64,000 bases of DNA from Lepidodermella squamata (lineage: Eukaryota; Animalia; Gastrotricha): contig JBLDXI010000017.1 in the NCBI GenBank assembly GCA_047495785.1, positions 2,852,001 through 2,916,000 on the forward strand, written 5' to 3'. Every line of letters begins with the position of its first letter. The first letter of the stretch is position 1. Shown one piece after another: positions 25,663 to 43,165 of the stretch. The notes under the pieces are model-generated. The model was not told the DNA's origin. It was given only the letters and a program-made list of their open reading frames with translations, and did not search any database. The position numbers and the translations under genes are program-made.

Positions 25663-28600
25663 GCATTATTCAAATGGCACGTGTGCGGAATTATTGTGTA
25701 AAACCGAATATAACGATTCACTAGCCGTGTTATAAGAAAATATGATATGTCAATTAAAAGAGTTAGTGGGATCATCTGTTGATATGACATGTCGTTTCTG
25801 ATGATATAATAATAATTTGAAAATTATATTAACATTTATGATAACGCTTCTCTGTGTTCTTGAGGATTGTCAGAAGTCGCTATTTTAAGTTGACATGCAT
25901 TCCTCATCTACCGTGCAGTTTCAACAAGGCGCTTGTAATCTTCTTCTTGTGCGTGTTTACTAACTTTATCGCAGTGGAGTTTCGAGAGTTGAAAATCGAG
26001 TCTGCTTTCGCCCAAATTAAGTTGTATCGTTCGGCATGAGCCTTGGAGCTTGGGAAAGTGCTTATTGTCGATCGCTATTTTAATTCTAGTTATCCTTCAT
26101 ACCCAGTTACTCTGGTTTTTACGATGAAGATTGCTGATGACCTTACTTTGTAAGCCTTGGGTTCACTTTTAATCATTCTCTTAGTTTTGTTTATTGCGAT
26201 GATTTAGAGCTTGCACATTAGGCCTTGATTCGTTTAGGCACGTGGATATTTGTTGCTTCAAATATTTCCTATTCAAAAATATGGATTGTGCTCAACCAGC
26301 AATATCCATGGCTTGTACAGATGGTGGAAAAGAAAAAACTAAATGAAAGCATTGTTCCTACTTATTTTATTGTAAACTGAAATCGGATGCATGAAGCTAT
26401 GTTTTCTTCTGACCCATGAAGAATCTTGATTGATAGTAACAGCAGATTAATTTTGCCTTAATATAATTCCGGAATAAATTGACGAAAAGGAAAGTGATTC
26501 TCCTGTTTGTCGGCTTCAGAATATTCTTCGCCTCTGCCAATTCCGCTGATATGTTCGTACGCGCAATCACCAACTTTCAAAGTCTAGTAGGCAGATTTAA
26601 GTTTCTAGTTATATTTTCGAAACCACCCGAAATTTTAGTCTTGACTTCGCGTTGTGTTTGCGATCGAAAACTGGGTTCAACTATACCGACGTATGTTATG
26701 CGTGCCACATGCTGTATTAATATTGTTAAATGTATGTACAGACTTATTTCCCTGCTATGAATGGATGGTGTCGGTATCTCCTCTTTTAGGTTTATCGGTA
26801 CCTGTTCTATGTTTCGAATAATTATCAATCATAGTAATAATCGCGACGATGCATGCTGATGCGGTGATGAAGTGATCATAAAATTTCTAGTATCATCACA
26901 GGATCACAATATGATGTAAATGCTAGATCCCGTTACTTTTTGTTCCGCGGCTTCCTATCTCGGATACGGCATTCATTTGCGTTCATCGTGAAATTCCGCC
27001 TGAACACAAATATGTGAGAATTTTGTGCGGCTGTAACATGATAATTATTATTTATGGCCATTTTTTTAATTTACGCTGGTGGTGATGCAGTGTGCAACTT
27101 GAAAATAATAATTATAAATTAAGAGCTTCTTTGATGTGTTCAGCGTCAATCGATATAAATTTCCTAAATAATATTCTAACGGCTGTCCATCTTGAAAACA
27201 ATCGTATTATTGTATTTAATTGCTAATATGAGCACTCGCGTAAACAACAGACAATTCTAAAAGAATAAAGGTTTGTTCAGAACTTGGGCTGTTTTTTTCT
27301 GTTACCCGATCGATAATTTCCAGGTGTGTATTGAGACATGAATTACTTTTTAGTGACTTTAATTCCAAGTTTTTGCAAGTCATATCGACGTCAGCGCACG
27401 CTTATCAAACACCTCCGGTTGAAGAGATAGGCGCGGCCCTTTCTATCTCCCTAGCAAACGAAATTATCAATGAAAGATGACTTAGCGTGAAAAAAATAAC
27501 GTGACAATTCAATTAATGGGAGATATGGACTCTCTAGACAAGCGCCTGCTTAAAAAATATGACTTAATCAGGAAGTTGGATCACAGTAGGCGGAGTAAAC
27601 ACCTGGCGGGAAATCGCGTTTAGCTAACAATCAATTAACCTGAGTTTTTCAGACATTCAGTGAAGTTCTAGTGTGCTTTGTTTTTTTCACCGAGTACAAT
27701 TTATCAAGCATGCAGGGTCGGCCAACAAATCCGTCAGTTTTTGGATCAAAAGCCTCGAATGAGAAGTCATGCGATGACTCAACTTAAATTATTTCTCCCT
27801 AGTTTTCCGCCCATGGTCGACTTAGAAACGCAATTCACAATAGGTTCTTAGTATTGATAAGGCGAATGAGTTTTAATTGGAAAATTCGCGTTAATTCGCC
27901 GTATGGCAAATCGAGCGAATTGTTTTCCACCTTTTTTAATTACCATTTAGGGCTAATGCGCAGAAATCAGTCGTTTGACGGTTTGCTGATGAATGGTGTT
28001 TTGCTGTGTGCATCAGACTCCATATGTCCGTAAAGTAATCGTTGTTTGCATTAGTTTATTGCCATTTTCTCCAATTTATTAGCATCACCGCTTTCCCTCA
28101 TTTCGCGTGCATACCTGCATTAGTTTTTTTTACATGCATGCTTAGTCTTTTCGCTCACCAGTTTTTACTCATCCTAGATTTACCTTTCAAAGAATAAGAA
28201 TTTTGCCCGCCAATAGTAGAAAAATTACAGAAATCAGGCCGCCGGAAGTTTACTCTTGAACACGCCACATGCTTGTGCTAGATGTTCAAGAGCCAGCCAC
28301 TCGACGAGGGTGTAAAGATTACGCTGGCTCGTTGTTTGTTTGCCCTGCCTCCCGTTGATTGTCCAAATTTTGAAGTACAGATTAATAGCATAAAGTTTGT
28401 TTGCATATCAGCTTATCGCCCGCCCGCTGTCGAGCCACACTCCAGCTCGCGAATGAAACGTAGTAATTAGGACTGTCCCTTGTGATTTCTTTGACAATCT
28501 ACTTCTGTTGCGCAACCCAACAGAACAATGTTTTTTTCGCAAATAGTTCGTGCAATATGATTCCGTGTTTTTTAAGAGCTCTAGCCTGCACTCCACGAAT

Positions 28601-29396
28601 TATCTAATCGTATCGCACGAAGGGTATTATTTATTTGTTAGCCAGGCGTGGGATTCATGTCAAATGCGTTAATTTATTTAGCGCATGTGAAGGTGTTCAA
28701 ATTTAAAGCTGTCTTTTAAAATGAGCTTATACTAGAGCCAAGGTAATTAGCGGAAATACAGGCATTTTTTAGCTTCACCGCATTAGATAGTTTACTCTTC
28801 TCGGTCTTATTCACCTCTTGTTAGTTGAGAGCACGCGCGCGAAAGATGATTGGTCACAGCAGCTGGCGAATAGCGTGTGCTCGACGTGCACACAAACACA
28901 CAAACGTAGTAGTAGTACATAGTAGTAATCTACTAGACTCATTTTCTTTTCGCACGAGCTGTATACAGCAAAGAGATGTGTACTGCTGGCCTTTTCTATC
29001 AATAAGGTTGTTTCGCTGCGCTTTTCTTCGTAATTCGCAAACTCGTGCCGCCTTGCAATTTTTTTGCATCTGATTGCTCAACTTGTTGACCTTGTTTTCC
29101 AGCAACTGTAATCGAACTTATCGCGTGATTTGTTGATTTTTTTTATTCCGATTATAGACCGCATGCGACTTAACTCGCTCGCCATTTACTGCCGATTGTC
29201 GCTGGCTGTTTGTTGAACTACAAGTCGCCATTAAAGACTTCGTTTTGTTAAAACGAGATCAATTGCCTAAACAGACGCTGGTGTTTCATCATCAAATTAC
29301 TCGAATTTTATTCTGCCCGGCACCGGCTAAAACCATCATTTTACCAGTTTTACCTTAAAGCTTTACAAGACGACTAACGAGAAATTGCCCCTCTTA

Positions 29397-35334
<5,938 letters not shown>

Positions 35335-38300
35335 CCAAAGCTCGTCGTCTACCTTAAAATTTCGAGTTCGATTCCTCGCAGTCTATATATGTCGAATCAT
35401 GCGGACTCTAATCGTACATATACATTAACGGCTCGGTGATTATTTTGTAGATTTTACTCTGACTGCTTCAAGAGAGGCATCCTCGAAAAGCGCTTCAACC
35501 ACCTTCGTATAAAATTGCTCCTTTGTGTGTGCCGATTTGTTGACGTCGCTTGTTGTTTCTCTATTCCTTCTCTTTTTCAGCGCTAGCAACAACTTTGATC
35601 CTTTTGTAGTGTATCGATATATATTGTTGTTATATATGCCTTGTTTACATGCACTTGTACGATTAATTATAAAACGTGTTATAATTCCTATCCAAATGCT
35701 ATGATTTTCTTCGATAAAGCTGTACAAATCAATTTTAGTAGTTTTGAAAATTGCCTAATTTTTTTATCATTTTTCCGTCCTCACCTGGAAGCCGTATAAA
35801 TTACTTTTCTATCAACCAAACAAAATGAATAGCCGAGCCCTTAGATGCGGCTACTCGGATCGAGAACGTGGTATTATAGAGGCTTGTAAATAAAAGATGT
35901 GTCGCGTTTTTAATCGTCTGAAAGCGATCTGAATTGCTTTAAATCAATATTTGAGAAATTGCGTGTAACACGAGAATACTTTGATGAAATGAATATAAAT
36001 ATTATAATTATTATATGATGGAAATATATGGGTATGACAGTGTCGAGATGATGATATGATGAAGATCATGAGCTCATCTTTGCAAGTGTTTTGTTCTAGA
36101 ATCGGCGCTACGTTGATCATTGTTTTTCATCGCATTTTCCTTTCCTTGTTCTCTTAGGGAGACGTGAAAATAAAAGCGTTTTTAACTTTGAAAGTGACCT
36201 CGTTTTTTGACAACCATCCATTTATCTCATGTGTAGATGATTTTAGCATAGTGAGTTCGAACTTTCAGAAAAAGCTTCACTCAATTGAAGAGCCAGCTGA
36301 AGTGTCATCAGTCTTATTCGTGCCACAATATTGTTCACCCTTTTGCTAGCTTGAGGTGTCAGAAAATTTAACCAAAAATTAATTCTGAGACCCTGATGAT
36401 AATGGAAACGAAATTTTTGAGGCCCTTCAATTCAGGCGACGTAATAAGGTGTAAGATGACACTTCTCACCTTGCGCAGTAAATTTGCGCCTGTCCCACAA
36501 ATTCAACGCGGCAGCTGCTTTACATGAAATCTGCATTACGGTTCAGTTCGAACTGCATTGCAGCAAAATCGATCGGAGAATGCCCGAAAATTAGCTAGTG
36601 TCAGCTACACCTTATACGCTCACCATACATTACTATGCAGGAAAAACGTAGCTGATGGATAGGTTAAATTTAGCCATGTCGCTTTATCCAATAAAATTCA
36701 ATTTTATGCGAAACTACTCCTTTGCCACACTTATACTCAGGTCTGTCAATTTTTCCGATTACTCAGCGTCGATTCACGCGAATCACAAATTTTCTTGCGT
36801 TCCTGAGCTGAAGAGTGATTTCACCCAGCCGTAATGATTTTTAACGGACTAGATTTATTTATAACTCATGTTGCGCGAAGTTTAATACATATTCATCAAC
36901 CATTAGCTGAGTTTTACCCGCTGTGACCAAGTTCCATTACCATTGTTTTTTTATAGAAATTCAAAGAACCCAGCATGGCAAGCTAAATGCAGGGCTTTTG
37001 CGCGACAAACATGCGCTTTTATAACTGCTACTTGAAAACTTTTACCCGCTAGGTTTTACGCGGAAACTAGTGCAGCAACGGCGAAAAATTATCAGGATTT
37101 TTGATGCTTGAATTACCCTGTAGTCCACGATAGAAGGAATTTATTTTTTCACAGGGAAAATATTATGTTTATTAGCTCCTGGTCGAAAATTTTCCACATC
37201 AAAATCGAATTTATCCTAGATCATTTGATAGCGTTTCATTTCGGATTCTACCCGCCTAGTTTGAATTCAACGTTGTAGTGGTGTCTTTTATAAGGCGTGC
37301 ACTAATATCTAAAAACTGGGCGAGTTATTTTCGGGGATAGGTAGACACTTTTAAAAGTTCGGAATTGTACCGTACCCAGATTACCCTGGCTGGGTAAAGC
37401 GACAACTCGCTAATTCAGTGGCATTTTCGGCGTTGAAATAGCCTATCAATTCGGAAAGCTTGCCCTCACAAGTTTGACTCACGCCTGACTCATCCTTTGC
37501 GAGAAATTCGTAGCCAAACCTACTGCCGCAGTATTGATTAGTATTATCGGTGAGATCTTATTATTATTTCATTTGACGTGATGCTTCTCTGCTGTCGAGG
37601 TTACGTGTGCCCAATAAAAACGTACGCTTTTCCCTTTTCCAAGTCACATGACTTGCGCGGGCGCAACAAAAACAGACTGCGTGCTGCCGTCCGCTTTATA
37701 CTGAAGCATTATTTCTACAGCTCTACCCTTGCTCTATCGAAGGAATGCTGCTTTCTCAGTGTTATATTAACATATTATGTACGAGCATTAATTACTATCC
37801 ATACGTGTCATCACAAAACTATTAAATTTCCGAGCTGAAGATCATTTTTGGCACAACTTTTTCTGCATATGCTCTGCGGATAATTTCTATTCATGATCTT
37901 AGATGATCCCGTCTGAAAGGCAGCTTTGGAACTATCCTCAAAGTATTTCAAAACTAATTTATTTGCGAGAGAGTAGTCCCTCAGCGCGCAAAAATTGCAA
38001 AATTCCGGAATATCCCTTCTAATAATTTGATTACAATAATTCGAAAAAAACAACGCGATCCATCTTTTTTGTCATTCCCCACGTGACTATTGCGATTTTT
38101 TCGTTATTATTAGACGAAGGTCTATCGATCGGTCCGTGCCAACTGTGCACACGGTCGCGCATCCCGTTGCGTTCCCAGTCGTGTGCTTCTCATTTTCGAT
38201 GCGCTTGCTCCATTTGTTCCCTTGAATTAAGAGCATGTGGACAAAATTTGCGTGAGCTCGCTCTCTCGCTCGCGCCTCGCGTCGATATACGTCGGCGTCG

Positions 38301-39253
38301 TCGTGATCCCTGCTTGCACACTTGCTCTCGCCGCAGCGAAAGTTGTAGACGCAGTGCGCTGCGTAATAAACTTCATATTATCGCCGCTGTGAGATGTTGT
38401 CACCAGCTTTTCTCTTTTATTAATGCGTGAGTATAGTAGAAATGTTTGTCTCTCAGTGAAGCTGTTAAGACTCGTAGAAAAATAGTGTAAAATAATCATA
38501 CGATAATATATTGTAAAACACGCGTGGCTTTTCATTGTACCTTACACTCACCTCTTATTAGTGACGACGTTGATGATAATAATAATAGCGACTACACGAG
38601 CAGGGTGATCAATAAATGGAAACACAGGCGGTACTTCTCCTTTATTATATCGTGAAAAATAGAATGACGTGCATAGAGCTTTTATATTAGTAGTTGGCCA
38701 TATACTGGGTGAGTACTGTTTTCCCGCTTCATTTTAATATATAGCACGTACTGGTACAACGACAAGCCTTTACTTATTGCGTTTATATTTTTCGCCTTAG
38801 CATGCACACACTAGCATTGCCATAGAAGAAAAAACGCAGCCATTCGTATGCACCTACTAGCAGCTATCTATCCATAGTGGATCTCTATTTATTTTTGCGA
38901 TTATGATAGCTGCATCTACTAAACCCTCTTTACCGAGCCCATCATAAAATTATTTTATACACCACGTGTTGCTATTCCTGACAACCTGAAGTTGTAGTTG
39001 ATCGCGGTTTTTACGGTGTTAATTTTCTTCAACTGAAATGTACCAGGATGGAACTATTTTGTATTGCGCATCCGTCAAATGACCGAGTTATCTATCACTA
39101 GAGATAGGTTATTTTAGGCCCAATCCTTGTCTTAGCAAAAGGCCGATCACTCAACTAAATTGGCTTTTCTTCACGTTGCAACCGATTCATGTTTCCACGT
39201 CCTGTTTTAGAGCTGTGGAGTTTCTTTCTCGAGGTGCGACTTGGAATTAAGAA

Positions 39254-39265
39254 TGGCACGTGCCA
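39254..39265. promoter_or_regulatory. Perfect palindromic Hes/E(spl)-type E-box TGGCACGTGCCA
   Basis: 12-bp palindrome matching the E(spl) bHLH optimal site TGGCACGTG(C/T)(C/T)A, ~165 bp upstream of the NR-1 ATG. Confidence 0.4.
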
Positions 39266-39428
39266 ATTTCGCCTTCGATCTATTTTTTGCTGTATTTCTA
39301 TTCTGGCCATCTATTTTTTTAAATAGGAATTTACAGACAGCTGAATTGCTGACCCCATTAAAGCCATGATTCGGCGATCAGTGTTGGGGTGAATACCACA
39401 ATATTTATTGATAAACAGTCACAAAAGT

Positions 39429-42400
39429 ATGAAGACCATCCGATGTATACCTTGCAAAATCTGCGCAGCTCCATCAACTGGATTTCACTATGGAGGTAAG
39501 AGCAACAAATAAATTGGGTTCATTATTGATTTTCTGAATAATTTCGATTTTATCCAGCTCTCACCTGTGAGGCTTGCAAGGTGAGTGACACTACTAGGTC
39601 GACATACCATTTATTTTATTTTCTAATTTGTTGTCCATCAAACAGGCGTTTTTTCGACGGGTTCTGAAGTCAGGCAGTGGTGCTTCATCGCTATCATGCC
39701 TGGAGGAGATGTCACCACAAGGTGGCAGCGCCCCAAGTGACGGTGGTGAAGCGAGACCGTCCTCACCCGGCGCTGCTTCGCCGTTCTCGAACGCGGCGAA
39801 CGCGTCGACGTCAACTAATGGCGCCTCTCCGCCGAATCTCGCTCAGACCTCGTCTCTAAGCGACGTTCCTGGAGCTTCGAAGTCATCGGCGGATGACGGT
39901 GACAAAATTACCGTCGTTTGTGATCTCATTAACACGTCTAAAAAATGCCCAAAGTGCCGCTTCAATCGCTGTCTTCTCATCGGAATGTCACCTGACGGTA
40001 CGAAATTTTCTCTATCGGGATTTTCCTTCTAGGCTACATTTTGTGCGAGATAAATTGTGAAAAATTGGTCGATTTCGTCGAATTTATATTTTCTAAATTT
40101 TAAGGTGGCAGATTTATATTCGGCCGATAATTTAATCACCTAATTATTTTTATTTCTAGCTTCGAAAATCGGTCGCCCAACCAAGGGTCGCATTCAACAG
40201 TTCCGGGACGAATTGTGCCGGGCTGGCAATGACCCAGAAGTGCCTTCGACAAAAGATGAGGCTGACCTAGATAGTGACGATGAAACTGCGCTTGAATCTG
40301 AATTTACCCGACGGCCCTCCTCCTCAAGATCCACGTCAAAGTCTGCCGATGTGACACCGATTAAGCGGGGCCGTAAGGCGACTTACCCAAGTGTTAAGCA
40401 AGAAGCAGTCGAACCGAAGCAAAATCAACGGCGGAATAGCGAAAAGAAGCCGAAAAAGGAGAAAGCTTCGTCTCAGGTCGCTACCGTTCAGCCACTGCCT
40501 CAGAAATCGCCATTCGATGGTAGACCATTTAGTCACCATGACGACAGTTTAATCAGCTTCCCGGAACCTCAACCTGGCGAGGAAGATCTACTGATTCTCG
40601 GTGCGAATGTGGCTGATGTTTTCGACCCACTGGCGTTTTCTGATAATTCGGTCTCCGATCTTTTGGTTGACGCCCCGCCCTCTATCCCTGTGTGTAACGA
40701 AGTTGCGGGTCCTCAACACCAAAACGCTGCCGCAAGAGTGCCACCTTTTGACTATCGAACATCCAGCCTCGACCCATCGTCAGCAATCGACTCGGCGATT
40801 CGGCGGTTCTACGCAACTACTGACCGCAAACATGACAGGCGTGATTTCATCCGACTCTTGCGGCACTTGTCGCTGTTGTGTAAAAAGTCGGACGTTGTCT
40901 GGGTGTACGGCTCGGCGTCTCGTTGGATTAACATGGCTCAACTTGGTCCTAACGAAGCGCTGCCTTTCGACGAAGACCCGCTTGAAATCTACTCGAAATA
41001 CCTCGCTGAAACGCCGCTGTTCATCAGCCCGTCCGCATCATCGCCCCACGCTGTCGAAATGGAGAACATCATTCGAAATGTCGTACAATCTACCCGGTAT
41101 CTCATGCGGATGAACACCGTAAGTTCGATGTCCAATTGACCTCATTCATCCCTAAGCCCTTAATTGCTGTCGATTTCGAGAAAATCGTGGGGTCGCGTCA
41201 TCTCATGATGGCGGAGGACATGTCATTACGGTTTTGAATTATGAAATTCGAGTCGCCCATTTTTAAGAAATAACAGTCCGGTGTTACGTCTCTATATTGA
41301 GAATTTCCCATGTCTAGTTTCAGGCTCAGCTGCCTGCACTACCTGAAAAGGTCTTCAATAATTAATGTTTCGTCTCCACTTTATTTTGCGATGCGAAAGA
41401 ACTGCGCCTGAATGAATTATTCTATGCTGACTCTGCTATCTGAGCTTCTAGTTGAAATTTTTAGTTGGAGCTGTGAACGAGGACGGTCGCTGAACCCCTT
41501 TGAATTTTCGATTATATCTGCTCTCTTATTTCTTAGAATGACGGCAAAGTTGCTGAACAAATTAATATTTTTCTTTCCTTTTACAGTTACCTCGTGATAG
41601 TGGGAAGGCTGAAGTTGCGCGTGCCGACTCGTTTATAACATTTTGGCAAGAGTTTATGCAAATTCTGGAAACTCAGTTCATCAACATGATAATTTTCACG
41701 CGAAACCTGCCCGGATTCGCGAGTATAACCAATCTTTCCGATCGAGTCGCGCTATCGGCAAACTCCTTCTACCCCCTCGTTCTCGCCACCCTCTCACTCG
41801 ACTTTGACGTTGCCACCGAGTCGGCTCGGACATTTTGGATGAGTAACGAGACTCTGAAACTAGTGATGACGACTTTTCCTGAAGTCAAAGCCCACTACAC
41901 CGTAAGTTTTAGGTTTTGTAGTCAAATTTCATAATCGAATGACGTGTTTCTACAGGCTTTCAATCAGCATTTTGTTGACGGCGGCTATGCCATAAAATCA
42001 GCGAATCTCACAGTTGTGGAATTCGGATTCCTGTGTGGTTTGATATTTTTCAACCCTAGTATACCCGGTTTGAAAGACCGAGCTACCGTGTCGCAAATAG
42101 CAACTCATCTGCAACTCAGCGCCGAAGCGTTCATTCGCAGCAATTTCGGCGACCGGACCTTGCCGCTTGCAAGCAACGCTAGAACAGGCCCGGGTGACGC
42201 TACGGAGCAGCGGATAACCGCAATGAACCAGCTGGTCAGCTTTTTCAAGAGCGCAAGTGCCAGCTATTCATCGATGATGGCTGAGTTTGTTCAGACGATC
42301 CCTGGCGTTGTCATGCGGTCGGGTGAAATTTTTCGAGAAATGTGCACCCAGTTGCTGTCTCGAAACGGGTCGTCGTCAGGCAAAGCCTCGAAGGTGATGA

Positions 42401-42444
42401 GCGGCGACTGCAATTTGAACGGTTCTACCCTTGAGCTGTCGTAG
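39429..42444 (+). CDS. Divergent nuclear receptor NR-1 (NR1-like; P-box CEACKA; 73-aa D-box insertion)
   Basis: Exons 39429-39495, 39558-39580, 39646-39997, 40160-41118, 41586-41901, 41956-42444. DBD CKIC..GFHYGALTCEACKAFFRR..C-x73-C-x8-CPKCRFNRC, then ASKIGRPTK; LBD FTRNLPGF..DR, LTVVEFGFLCGLIFFNP, AF-2-like IFREM. Confidence 0.88.
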
Positions 42445-43165
42445 CGAATCCCCCTCATGCTTTGTTTTTACGGCGCCGTTTTGCGAGATCTTTCTCGCCC
42501 GTGATAAGATATATGTAATTGTTAACAAGTCGTGCATTTTTCTACTCAATGTTCTGTCATTTTTTTGTGTTTGTTGTTTCACCGGGCGAGTATAGAATTG
42601 CGTTTTTCTCACTCGCAGTAAGTCTACGCGGATGATGACAATACTTGCTGTTTTCCAGCTTAAAAAATATTTGGTTTTTTCTCTATCGTGTAAATACCTA
42701 CAACATGTATTTGACGTACTCTTTCATGAGGAAAATATGATCACCTACAGCCGAACAATACTTCATCTGTTACAGTTACTCTCAGTCAATTCGAGTACGT
42801 CTTGCGAATTAACGGGTACGCTTTTTTTCGCACGAGAAACTCGTTACATCACCCACCAAATGATGACGATGTGTTTCATTCACTGGCTATAATGTGAAAC
42901 GCCACGGTGTAGAAAACCTGTTACTCTTATATATATGATATTTGTCTTATACTACATCTAATGATATAACTGTCTTTATTTTTTTGACAACTATTTTCTT
43001 GCGGAAAAGAAAAATGGAGCGATATCAATTTAATTTCTAATCATGCATTTTTGTTTTATATTTCTAGGATTTCTTAATATTTTGCAGTATGCTGCGAGGT
43101 ACTGGCATGCAATTTTTTTAATAATCTAATAGAGCTACCGAGAAAAGCACTTGAATTCTGTAGCT

